64,000 nt of DNA from Camelus ferus. Its lineage: Eukaryota. The notes below the pieces were generated by a model that saw nothing but the letters and a program-made list of their open reading frames with translations, did no database searches and had not been told where the DNA came from. Made by a program: the position numbers and the translations under genes. Shown here one piece after another: positions 43,091-55,577 of the stretch (positions are counted from its first letter, which is position 1; every line of letters begins with the position of its first letter). The stretch is taken from positions 90,398,001-90,462,000 of the forward strand of contig NC_045696.1 of the NCBI RefSeq assembly GCF_009834535.1, written 5' to 3'.

Positions 43091-43947
43091 CTAAACACAA
43101 GCACAGCCATTCAGATTTCTCTGTCCCTGCATTCCAAGAAGAAATCTTTACTGAGATCGAACCAGAACACAGAGTTAACTGACACAATTTTCAGAGAAAC
43201 CTCATTGTCAAACCATTTCATTTCATGAAACAGAAAATTGATTACAGGTTCTGCCCTCTATTAATTGCCTAATCCTTTTTTCACTGCCGTTTTCAGCAGC
43301 TGCTACCACTCAGCAATTACCTGGTCTGAGAGCCACCCTTGCTCTCTGCACTGTTCCTGCCCACCAGCCTTGTTAGTCTGTGAGCAGGTGTTCAGAGAAC
43401 AGATTTTTCCCTGTTGTGCTCCTTGTGGATTTTGAGGCCTGGGTGGGAAAGATTCATCTTTTAAAGTCTGTGACTGAACAAGATGCTCTTCATCTGAAGT
43501 AACATTTTTAAGTGGAGAGTAAAGTTACTCAATATGTAATTTCTTCAGGAGTTTTAAGATTTTCTAAAAAAAATTTTTTCCCAAAATATTTTTTTAACTA
43601 TTAAGCTTATACTACATATCATCATTTTAAACCCTTTTTCCACTTAACATTATAAACATCTCTTCATAACATTTAAGGTCATCTAAATATTATTTTAATG
43701 GCTGCTTAAGAATACATTATATTGACTTAATATTCTTAAAAAACAACCTACTCAGGATACCCATAGTGATGGTCTCTAGACAGATTTCTCAGAGCAACAT
43801 TTCAAGCCAACTTGAGCTAGCCACTTTGTGGTATGACTGTGGTTAAAGATCCACTGTTATCATTCTTTTAATCTTCCAGGTTTTGTGAAATTTATTAAAT
43901 CCTTACAAAACAAAACTGCAGTTACACCAATCTGGAATCAGCCGTCA

Positions 43948-44127
<180 letters not shown>

Positions 44128-44799
44128 TCAATTCAATGCACTTTTAATGGGATAATAGTGAGCAATTAGAAAGGGTTTAGTGGACATTTTTCCTTCAAGA
44201 AATCTCAATGCTCATAAAACATCATATGAAACAGCCTGGAAAGGCAAGAGGGAATGTTTCAGCCTAAGAAGGGACTGCAAAGGACAGAAAGGACATATTC
44301 TTAAAAATAAATAAATCTGAAAAGAGATATTCAAATTAATTAAATAAACAAAAGGGGACAGATACTTTTAACACACGTCACAGGTTTTAAAATATACACT
44401 GGGGCTGATAAAATCAGAAAGACAGCTCCCAACAATTACTTTGACAAAAAATTCAGTTTTTACTTTAGATTTTACTTTGATTTTTTTTTTCCCTTCCCCC
44501 TTACTAGCTAGTAAGGATGTCTGAGGACTTCTATGCTCGATGCAGTGGTGCCAATAACTTCAAGGCAGCCCATAAAAGGTTTCCAATTCCTTCTTCGCCA
44601 AAACAATTAATGACATTAAAAAAAACCCGGATTTTACTCTGGAGGTGAGAGGGAATCCTGCATTTTATAGAATCAAGGCACAACATTAACTTCTCTCTAT
44701 AAGGCTGCACATCCAAAATGCACTGCAGCCATTTCGGGGGAAAGGGAGGCAGAACTTGGAAAAGATAGGTAAAATACTCAATGGAATCTGGATGATAGG

Positions 44800-45780
44800 C
44801 GCCTAGCTAATTAAATCCTAGGGCTACCAGCGCGTAAAGCAAAGGAGGTTTGCATGACGGGGAAGGCTCGACTGCGACCTAAACCTACTCCACTCTCCGC
44901 CCCACCTCTACCCTCCCCGCAAAAGGCAAACAAACCACCAAAGAATAGTACTACTATTTAGGCACTAAACCAAATAACCCAGGGTCGGTTCGAAAGAAGG
45001 AGCAGTCAGCTCAACGGCACTCGCAGTGAAAAGAGCACTGGATGAGTCAGAAGCCCCGGGTTCGAGCCCTGGACACACTAATTCTTCTGCTGTCTTGACC
45101 TTCACTCCAGTCACTTCTCTTTAAGGTATACCAAAAATAAGAGGCTTAACCATAAACCGGAGGCCCACCCAACCTCCCAAGGCACCGAGAAGCTGCTCCT
45201 TAATGACCTACAGCTGTGCAAATAGAGCGGCTTTTCAGCACCGAGGTCGACAGCTCGCTTTCGGAGCAGTCAGTAAAGAGGTGCCAGGGAGGGAAGGCCA
45301 CTTCCTCCCTGGCCCCGTAGGCACCGCAAGGTCCTGGGGACAGTCCCTGGTTCGGTCTCACTTCGCCGGTCTCCACTACCTGTTTCCCCTGCCAGCCCAG
45401 GGAGGCGGGCACCCGCAGGAGAGGCCCGCGCCCCACGGCCGTGGCGGCAGGCGGCGGCGGCGGCGGCTCCCAGCAGCCTCATGACGAGCGCAGAACTGGT
45501 ACGAAGGTCCCGCGGCTCCGGCTTTGCCCAGCAACCAGCACCACTGCTGGAAGCTTTCAAAGTCACGCCGGCAATCACGCAGAGAGAACACTTCCGGGGC
45601 AAAGGATGCCAAAGCGGAGAGGAAAAAAAAGACGGAGAAGCTTCCGGATCTCAGAGCAGAGCAGCGCCCTCCGTTGCCCCGACGCCCTCTGCCGACGTGG
45701 AAGAGAAAGTGCAGTCGCTTTGTGGCGCTAATTCTGGCTTTAAGACGCAGCTCTTAAAGGTGGTTGTTTTGCCGACATAA
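44800..45780 (-). promoter_or_regulatory. GFM1: GFM1 CpG-island promoter with tandem ETS/GABP-like sites
   Basis: CpG-dense; CCGGAAG on minus strand within 45589-45597 and 45640-45647, typical of nuclear genes for mitochondrial proteins. Confidence 0.75.
45380..45482 (-). CDS. GFM1: GFM1 exon 1 coding part (mitochondrial targeting peptide) with an apparent +1 frameshift at 45449/45450
   Basis: ATG AGG CTG CTG GGA (MRLLG); 103 nt to CAG|gtagtg; corrected reading MRLLGAAAAAAAATAVGRGPLLRVPASLGWQGKQ. Confidence 0.9.
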
Positions 45781-45989
45781 TGGAGAAAAGTTTATACTTT
45801 AAGTTTAAAAAAATGCAAAAATTTTTATCTATGCTACTACAAATATGAAAAAAATTGATCTATAGGACATGACCTGAAAAGAACGTGGAATAATAGTGAA
45901 TTATCAACTGCAAGTGCTTTTACTTATTTCAAAATGTCCCATCACTGTTCGATGTTAAACGTTATGTGTACACTCCATTTAAAAGACGG

Positions 45990-46925
45990 CATCCTTGACG
46001 ATTCCACTTGGACTTCTTAAAGGCAGCTCAAACTTTTTATGTACAAAAAGGAGCTAATGATCTTCCACCCAAAAACTTCTTAAGTCTTCATCAGATAAAT
46101 GTAAATAAACTCCGTTCTTCTAGTTGCCCAGAACAAAAATGTCACTTTGACACCACTCTTTGACTCTTCCGGTCTAGTCTGTCAGTATATGTTATGGGCA
46201 CTACACTCAAAAATAGATCCAGAACCTACTTCTCCCCACCAACCAAAGAACCACCACCTCTCTACGTTATTACTGGAATAGCCTAGCTGACCTTATTGCT
46301 TCCGCCCCGCGGCTGCTCAGTCTATTCCCAACACAGTAACTGAAGGGATCTATGGAGAGAGACCATGTCATCTCTCCGCTGAAAACACTCATCCAGTGAT
46401 TTTCTTGTTGCTGTTCTCTACTTTTGTGTAGGCTTAGAAATTTTCCTAAAATTTTAAAAAACTACTTTAAAATTTTAAAAGGACTAAATTAAAAAAAAAT
46501 TTAACCCTCAAATAAGCAGGTACAAGGCCTTGCTTGCGCAACCACACCAATGTAGCCTGCTTCACTTGCTTGCTTTCCTCCAGACACTTGGCCTCCTTAG
46601 GAGCTGATCCTCACAGAACCAGAGCCTTTGCTTCCCTCTAGATACCTGCATGGCTCTTCTTTCTTCTATTGAAATAGCCTCTGTCAGTGAGGGGTTCCCA
46701 GACCAACTCTTCTGAAACAGCCAGCTCTTCCCTATGTTCACACACTGCTTCATTTTCCTCCAGAACACTTAGATATATCCAGACATTTTACGTAGCTATC
46801 TGTTGTCTGACTGCCGTCTGACAACGAGAACCTAAGTTCCATAAGGACAGTGATTTGGCTTTGTTCATTGCTATACCCCTTGTTGTGCTAGGAGCTCAAC
46901 AAATACTTGTTAAATGAGTAAGATC
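45990..46925 (+). mobile_element. L2 LINE 3' fragments
   Basis: ttccacttggac...ctcaaac motif and L2 3' end gagctcaacaaatacttgttaaatgag. Confidence 0.7.
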
Positions 46926-48514
46926 AAATAAATAGAAATCAGAGTAAATTACAGGAGACAAGAAAAGAAAAACCAGAGATTCAATGCTGAATTTCGAATT
47001 CATTTTTGGTATGTCATCCATGTATTAACTTGTAGTCAAGGATTTACTTTGATGAATAAATCCATTAATGTTGAATATACTTTTAAGTAAACTTGTTCAT
47101 TTACAGGCTTTCGAAAATGTAGTCTTTCTAAGCCTTTGTATGTATTTGTTTAAAATATATAAATTAAATAATAATTACATAGATGGTAATAATATTAAGG
47201 TTTTACTTTAATTTTAAGATATAATTATGTTAAGTAAAAAAGTGTAGCTGTTACTTTTGAAATTACTTTAACAAACTATGTTTCCTTAAGTAAAAATTCA
47301 TACTCATTATCTTGTGTGTGTGTGTATTCATATTGTCTGTGATTATACCAAGTATAATATACTTTTTTTATACTGAGTATATCTTCATTATTTTTATTAA
47401 TCACCACTTTTAACCAAATAAACTTTTTTCTCCACAGAGAAAACTGGAAGACAAAAAAATCAAGAAATGCCAGCTAAAATTTTGTAAGTACACATTATAG
47501 ATTTCTTCTGTTAAGTTTTAAAGTGGCAAAATACACATACATTATGTCATTCAAAGCATTTGCACTTTCTGTTGATTTGTAGTCATTTTATAATATATAA
47601 GAATAAAGATAAATTCAAACTATCTTTAGTGACCAAAGCTTTGTATCGTTTCTTTTCCTTAGAAACTGTCCAAGTATCCAAGGACTAATTTAACATTTTC
47701 TAAGGTCTGGAAAAGTTAACTGAGGATCTGAAAAATTAGTTTTAGCTCACACATTGTCCTTATACTTAATAGTATTATAGTAATTTTGTAAGATCAAAAC
47801 CCCTTTAAGACATCTGTATTACAATTTTATTCAGATACACCATTTGATATTTTGTAATCTTATTTTGTACACCATTGGTGGAATCAATAACTTACTTGAG
47901 CTGTAAGATCAGTATAGGAAATTTAAAAAGTTTAAATCATGAGAAGTTCAATCTTAGTTTTATATAAACTAGAATATTTCATTAGCATTAATATTACATA
48001 ATACAGCCTGGAAGAAGACATATAGCTGACTTTAAATATTCATGCATTAGTTGGCCCAAATCCATCTACTTGTCAGAAATATTTTTTGTCTTCCTTAAAA
48101 ATACATTTATAAACCTTACATTCATAATCATTACTTAAAAGATCATTTGTTTTGAAACTTTTATTTTATTTTATTTTCCAGAGAGGGAAAGATTTATTAC
48201 TTGCAGCAAGTAAGGAGCATACTTGGGATCCTTCCCAAAACAGTGACTAGAAAGCTTTAGTCTCATAATCATAACAGAGGCTATTATTTAAATTCACTTG
48301 TCCACATCCCATGCAAAAGCAATACAAATGGTTTATTGATTTTTTCCTCTGAAGACATTTTGGACTATGGGTTTTTTTGGACTAGATATTCCTAGTGACA
48401 CATATTTCATATAAATAATTGTTTTCTGAAATTCGTCTTTAAAATGTGTCAAGTAGGAGGAGAAGATGGGGAGAGGAAAAAGCAAGAAGGAGAGCTAGAG
48501 CCAGCTTTATACCA

Positions 48515-48818
48515 GCTTAAAAGATAAACTGAGACATTGAAAATCTTGAGTTTGAGCAAAACTCAATTTGAATCAGCAGCACCAAACAGGAAGAAGGAGC
48601 GCTCCACCAAGTGGGGCTGGGAAGAGACTCGGAGGGAAGAGGCAGAGGGAAAGCAAGGGGATTAGCTGATCGGCTAGGGCTGCCTGCTGTGGGAACGCCG
48701 GGTTGGCTGTTTTTAACCTAGAGGCATTGCAGGCTTAGGTTTTGGTTTGCTTGCATGAGCTACTAAGGCATTAAAGCTGTCTCACTCTAATGGCCTCATT
48801 CTTTAATTTAGTAATACA
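48515..48818. mobile_element. Probable ERV1-class LTR remnant
   Basis: GC-richer block with ttaggttttggtttgctt motif ending in aataca; family not assigned. Confidence 0.4.
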
Positions 48819-49214
48819 AACATGAAAGTATCCCTGTAATAGTCTAATTACCTTCCCTCTTCAAGGAGAGAAGAAAGTTCAAATATAAGCCATACAGTTA
48901 AAAAGCGCTGAAGTATGGAAATAAAAGATGGGCAGACTTCTACATAAACAAAGTGGTCTCTTTAGACAAATTACAGAGAGGCTCTCTTCCTGAAGTTTTG
49001 TCAGGTGGTTGGTTACTTTGGGAGACAATAATAAGAATGACACTGGGACCAAAGAGATCATCACAATGCAGAGTTACTGCAAAATCCATGTAGTAAGGGA
49101 CAGAGGGACCTCAAGGTTTCTCAGATATGTATACTTACACCAAATTCAGGGTCCTAATTCACTGCAGTGAGGTAGGTCTAGGTCAAACTTCAGTAGGATC
49201 TCCGAACTGACCAC

Positions 49215-49510
49215 TGTCAGTCCCTTCAGGCTGCTATAGCAAAAATACCAGACTGGGTGACTTCTAAACAATAGAAATTTATTTCACATAGTTCTGGAGG
49301 TTGGGAAGCCCAAGATCCAGGCCCCAGGAGATTCAGCAGTCTGGTGTGTCCCACTTTCTGGTTCGTAGGCAGCCAACTTCTCACTGCGTGTGCACAGGAG
49401 CTCTCTGGGGTTCTCTTTTACAAAGGCATTCATCCTGCTCTGAGGGCTCCATCCTCATAACCCAATCCCCTCCCCGGCCCCACCTCCTAACTCCATCACA
49501 TTGCCTCAGG
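49215..49510 (-). mobile_element. MaLR LTR (MLT1A-like)
   Basis: ggctgctatagcaaaaataccagactgggtgacttctaaacaatagaaatttatttcacatagttctggaggttgggaagcccaagatc. Confidence 0.85.
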
Positions 49511-51364
49511 CTGGGACCATCTGATTCCAGCATGCTCCTGCCACTAAAAGCTAAAGGAGTCTTAAAGGTAGAGTAATGAAAACCTATCACTGAGACTGAA
49601 AGTCACCAGGAAAATCACTAAAGTAGCAAGGAGCCTAAGTATTCAACTTGGCCTTATTGTTGTTAATGTAAGAATATTAACATTTTTAACAATTCACCGA
49701 ACTGTTAATATCCTTACATTCCCCAGAGACCCAGGGTTCCAGAAAGATCAGTGGCAGTCCATAAAGAAAAAATAATATGTGAACCACAAAGCACGGAGAG
49801 CCTTCTTTTTTATACTGGTTAAGTTGACTTCAGAATTACGATAAAAATAAATTCTGAAAAAAGCCAATTTCAGCATCATGTGAATGTAAAGAATTGACAT
49901 GTAATCCACGTCACATATTTTATAAGTGGCCCCTTAGGAAGCACTGTGGCGTAAGAAGAAATATATATTTAATTCAATTTTAATTTGCTTTTTATGGTAA
50001 ACAAGTTGGGATGAAAAAAAGTATCTATGAATTCTCTAACTGCTATATGACACATAGAAGTTATACTGTCTTTAGTACAATTATTTATTAAATCATGTTT
50101 TCATATTTGAATATAATGACTCAAGTTACCATCAGTGTAATAATTTAGGCAAAAGGAGAATTACAGTGTCTACTGGGATTTTTCTCTGTCAAGTGAATTT
50201 ATGCAAAAGTGTTATTTAAAATGTATGCCTTTATGACAACTTCCCAATATGTTAGTATGTTATTAGTATGCTAAGTTATGCATAAGAGGAAAAATTTAAC
50301 ATCTTTAACTAATACATGCTCAATTATTTTCCATTATAAAAATGAATCGACACATATGTATCTTATTGTAGTGACTAGTTAAAGGCATGAAATGCCTGAC
50401 TGGTACAATTAATAGGACATGATACAGAAAATTAGAAGAGTAGAAGCACAATCACCCAATTCTACTTCCAAAGTTTAAAAAGAAAGATATTAGGATTATA
50501 GAGTGATAACGGGATTTTGTTCTTTTTCCCCCTTGAAACAACAAAAACTTGAGTTAAGATTTTATATTCTCAGAAATTTCAAACCTAACTTTATAAAAAC
50601 AGATTAATGTTTGAATTCTAGAATGAAAAAAAAACAAGAGCTGAATCTTTAAATAGTATAATTAAAAACAGAACAATTGAATTATTAAGTACCTTGCTCA
50701 AACACACACATCACCCGTCTAAGAAATTTTGAGACAATCAATCATTCAGGTTTGTAGAATACCAAATGCATTTTTCTAAATGTCACAAAAAGGCTGAGCA
50801 GAGTTTCTCCAAGGACACTCCAACTTTAGAATGTTAATCGGGGAGATAGATTAAGCTGTCTGTGGGAAAGGAGAACAGAAATATTCTACCTTAAGATGCT
50901 AAAGACAAAGGTCAATGTAAAGTCTGATGAATGTTAAAAATGTAACACAGAACAAAAAAAGAATACACAGTAAAAAGAAATTATAAGAAGAAAATTCATG
51001 TATATTAGCAATTTAAAATCTCTTTGAAAATGAACTATTTGATTATTGTGTTCTTTATAAAAGTAATTTTTTGTAAGAGTACTAGTATAGATTCACTTTA
51101 TTTTTAAAAATTCTTTAAGCTAGCTTTCACCTTTATGAACATCACTCTTATAGTGTTAGTAAAAACAGATAATTTTCTAACATTTCACTTCTTATAACTA
51201 ATTTTACATGATAGACTAGCTGTACATTCAATATTGAATATATAGGATACATAGCAACAGGAAAATAACTGTGAAAGCAAAATCAGCATGTGAGCTTTAA
51301 AAATTAGTATGTTTTAAAATGATATAGAGTGTTTAATGCTTCTTGCATTGTTGAAAATCAAAGC

Positions 51365-51370
51365 TTTATT
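51365..51370 (-). terminator. MLF1: Candidate MLF1 poly(A) signal
   Basis: AATAAA about 175 nt downstream of the MLF1 stop; another AATAAA overlaps the stop codon (51544-51549). Confidence 0.5.
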
Positions 51371-51544
51371 CCTAAAGTAGGGACAATATAAAGCTAGCAC
51401 TTCCAAGAACATTCAGACATCAGAAGAAAGTTGCTAAATACAGTATTAATTCAACAACAAGAGATTGGTCTTATGTGTATCACCCAGCACCATTACTTTC
51501 TCTGTTAAAACCATGGAAACTAAACAGATCAAGTGCAATGCTAT

Positions 51545-51650
51545 TTATTTTTTGTTGATTTTCACAGGTGATCCTTTGATGTTGAGTTTGTCCACAAAAG
51601 CATTTGATCTTCTTCCATATTCAATGGCTGGACTTTGGTGAAGTTTCTCC
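51545..51650 (-). CDS. MLF1: MLF1 last coding exon including TAA
   Basis: cag|G then EKLHQSPAIEYGRRSNAFVDKLNIKGSPVKINKK*; matches recalled MLF1 C-terminus. Confidence 0.93.
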
Positions 51651-51859
51651 CTGAGAAATATACATGTGAACATTAATATCATTTTTAAAGTGGTCATAAA
51701 AAATCAATACAAACACGATAAAAACCACTGTACTGTAAGGTGAATTTTATCTTAGAAGTTCCTTAGTAGCTTTGAAAAACATATAGCAGACAACTTCACT
51801 TAATATTTAAGACAGCAACATCTGCTTTCCTGAGACAGATTTAACTCTTTACCGTTTAA

Positions 51860-52079
51860 CCGTACTGTCCAACATGGTAACCAGTAGCCACATCATTTAC
51901 ATTTAAATTAATTAAAATAAAATAAATTTTAAAAATTCAGTTTCTCAGCTGCATCAGTCACATTTCAAGGGTGATTCAATAGCCACATGAGGCCAGTGGC
52001 TATCATACTGGCAGCACAGATACATAATGTTTTCACCATTGCAAAAAACCATTTCAGAAAGTTCTGTTGGACAGTGTTG
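51860..52079. mobile_element. MER3-like DNA transposon
   Basis: ctgtccaacatggtaaccagtagccaca...agaaagttctgttggacagtg with terminal inverted similarity. Confidence 0.8.
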
Positions 52080-53198
52080 GTTTATAGAAAATGCCACTGA
52101 GAGGGCCATAAATTTATAGATCATCTATAAAGAGCATGCTTTCTCTAACTGGGACCTGGATTTCCCAGTCAAACTTGGCACCGCTAGGTTTTTATCGATA
52201 AAACTTTTCAAAGTGAGGCAAATACTATCTAAAATTGGCATGGGAGCAAGTTTTCTATAGAAAACAAATCAGGTTTCTAAATTTCTAAACAAGTATTTTA
52301 AAATAAAAGATGGTAGCACATGAAATTCTACACAAGGCTTCTGATTTACTTGGTACCCACTTGTCCACCGCTGGTTCAGGGAAGCCTTCCACCTTCTGCT
52401 GCAATCCTCCACTCTCTTATAGCCTAGAACAGATTTCTCTTTTAAGGCCTGGTGAGGCCTCTCTCCCTCTCTCGAGTTTAAGTTCAATAGGAATTAGATA
52501 GTGTTTTCCATTTTCCCCCCAGAGAACCAAATTGAATTGCAACTCTAGAATATATACTAAATGTGTCAAAATCTCTATAATCTTTAAAGTGTGGTTTTAG
52601 TACATTTATACTGTCACAGCTGTTTCAAAAGGTAATTCCAAAGAAGGCTAAAGTTTTTGCAACATTCTTCCAAAATATCTAATAACAAAATAATACAGAT
52701 ATTAGTTTACATTATACACATGTCCAAAAATGTGTTTACCATTAAATACTCTATTTTGACTTGTTAGGGAAGTTTTGTTAAGCCTTTTAGAGATAGCCCC
52801 TCTCTCCTTACCATACCCCTAAGCACCAGTATCTCTGTCTGGTACGGAATGTATGACTCCTGTCATATCCAGTTGAAAAATCTGTTTCACAAGAACAACC
52901 ACATCATAGTACAGCACTTTTCCTTAGGAGGATTTTAGCTCCTATTGACTAAAGCATAATTTGCCAGTGAGTTACCAGTCATATAATCCTAAAATATTAT
53001 TAGTTTTTAAATACAAATTTAAATTGGTGCTGGAAAACTCAGATATAATGTAAAATTATTACAGGTTTCACAAAAGATATTATTGATACAAACAACTTGG
53101 ATGTTAATAAAAATTTCCTGATAACAGAAGTAAAATGACATAACTTTTCTTCTAATTTGTCTTTTAAAAACACAATTTATTTTAGAGATAACTTTTAC

Positions 53199-53338
53199 CT
53201 TCTTTTAAGCTCTCGGGATCCTGAATTCTCAGTGACCAACGCTCCGCATCCTAGAGTTTTCTAGATTGCGCCAGTGTCCCCCCGGTTTGTACTTCAAAAT
53301 CTCATTTTGCCACTCCTCATCAAAAGCATGAGCATCAC
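53199..53338 (-). CDS. MLF1: MLF1 penultimate exon, 140 nt, with apparent +1 frameshift and TGA at 53229-53231
   Basis: (S)DAHAFDEEWQNEILKYKPGGHWRNLENSRMRSVGH then shifted ENSGSRELKR, AG|gtaaaa; 139 nt needed for phase. Confidence 0.9.
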
Positions 53339-53974
53339 CTACATTAAATATCAAAATTAAGGGGTAAGTATGAAGGTACCAGCTGTCAGTAACTGCCTTG
53401 CTCCCCATAGATTTCATTCTAGCCTGGTGTTTCCATCAGCCTAACCTTAAAGTAGAGGCAGGAAACTGCTTACAAATATGAAGGTCTCGGACTCAGAGTA
53501 ATATTTCCATTCTATTTGTTCATCTCCTATTTCTGTTGATAATTTGGTTATTGATGACCTGGTTTTTCACACACCTGCCTGGATATCATATTATTCTATC
53601 CAATGGACCCCAGGACCCAATTGCATTCTATCTCACAGTGATCATGCTTTTCCTTTGTACTTGGAGGAAGCTACTCCTGTGGCCAGCACCTCACAATTTC
53701 CCGGCATAACTTGGCCTCACAAGCTTCTGTTTCAATTTCCTGAGACAGGTTACTCATCTCAACGGTCAATTTATTTGTTATGAAGTAGGTAATCTAAATT
53801 CCATAATAACAATAGGTAAATGATAATACTTATTCTTTCAGATTGCCTATATAATAATGTGTTACTTTACTAAAATTTTCTTCAATATGTTAATTATTGT
53901 GAATTACTCTGTATATATTTAAATATGGCCAAATTATAAAGGTTAAAATTAAAGAAAGGTTAAGATGTGGCTTT

Positions 53975-54500
53975 CCCATCGACAGATAACTGGATGAAGA
54001 AATTGTGGTATATTTATACAATGGACTACTACTCAGCCATAAAAAATAAAATAATGCCATATACAGCAACATGGATGGACCTAGAGATTGTAATTCTAAA
54101 TGAAGTAAGCCAGAAAGAGAAGTAAAAATACCATATGATATCACTCATATGTGGAATCTGAAGAGAAAAAAAAAGGACACCATGAATTCATCTACAAAAC
54201 AGAAACAGACTCTCAGACATAGTAAAGAATCTTATGGTTACTGGGGAAAGGGGATGGGAAGGGATAAATTTGGGAGTTTGAGATTTATAAATGTAGGCCA
54301 CTATATATAAAAATAGATTTTTAAAAAGTTTCTTCTGTACAGCACAGGGAACTATGTTCAATATCTTGTAATTACCTTGAATGAAAAAGAATATGAAAAC
54401 GAATATAGGTATGTATATGCATGATTGGGACATTGTGCTGTACACCAGAAACTGACACACTGTAACTGACTGTACTTCAATAAAAAAAATGAATAAAAAG
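53975..54500 (+). mobile_element. Lineage-specific L1 3' end with A tail (artiodactyl/camelid-type 3'UTR)
   Basis: gcaacatggatggacctagaga...gggataaatttgggagtttgagattt...tgtacaccagaaactgacacactgtaactgactgtacttcaataaaaaaaa. Confidence 0.85.
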
Positions 54501-55577
54501 AAAGAAACTACATACCCATTAGCAGTCATTCCCCATTCTCCTTTTACCCCCAGCCCTTGGCAACCACTAATCTACTTTCTGTCTCTGTGGAGTTACCTAT
54601 TTTTGGACATTTCATATAAATGGTATCATAGAATTAAAAAAAAGATGTTGTGGCTTCCATCTCATTGCATAAGAATAATTTTATCCAACTCCAACCTTAA
54701 GATAATTTTTTTCTAAAATGATATAATCATTTAAATCCTTTACTATGATAAAACATTTTTATTCAAAATACTTCCTAAAAACTGGAAATGAATATAACCT
54801 GAAAGCTATAATGAGAAGAGTGAAGACACTAGAAAGACTTAAATGCATTGAAGAATGCATATAAAATCTAGGGAACCGAAAGGTTTGCTTGGTACATATA
54901 TGATTTACTATCTAACAATACCAGAAATTTGAATCTTATCTACACAAAAGCCTAAGTGCCCAAGAACATAGAATAGTTTAAATAAATTATGGCCAACTTA
55001 TGATAAGGTAACCTATTCCAAATGTTTTCGAAAAATAACATCATACATAGGTGACTTCAGAATTACAGTGTAGAATTAAAATAAGCACAATAAACTATGG
55101 CAATAGTAAAATACTAATTTTGAAAAAAAGTATGTGTGTTAATATGTTTATATACATATAAAACTATAAGAAAGAAATACACTAAAACATTAATCATAGT
55201 TATTTGGGGTTGGAATTATGGATAATTTTAATTTTCTTTATACCTTTTAAAGCTTTTCAAATGTACTTCTTTGACAATCAAAAATATATAAAAACTCCTA
55301 TTTTCTACTGACAGCCTTACTATAAAACAATTCAAAAATTCCATTTCCAAGTATAAAACAAAAAATAAATGATACTCAACAACAATCACAATAAAAAATG
55401 GATCTACAATGAAACCACAATTTTATTACTGCTTTGATAGCATATTTCCTATATATTCATAAACTGCCTGAAATGATATCATATGAAATATTTCTATAAA
55501 AATATTCACCAAGTTCTACTAGTACAGCTGCTATTTTAACTTTCAGAGAAAGAATGCTATTTTCTGTGATAACTTAC

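Noticed and set aside
45481..45780. 99-aa plus-strand ORF whose ATG overlaps the GFM1 start (CATG)
   Set aside because: Expected by chance in a GC-rich, stop-poor CpG island; no recognisable homology
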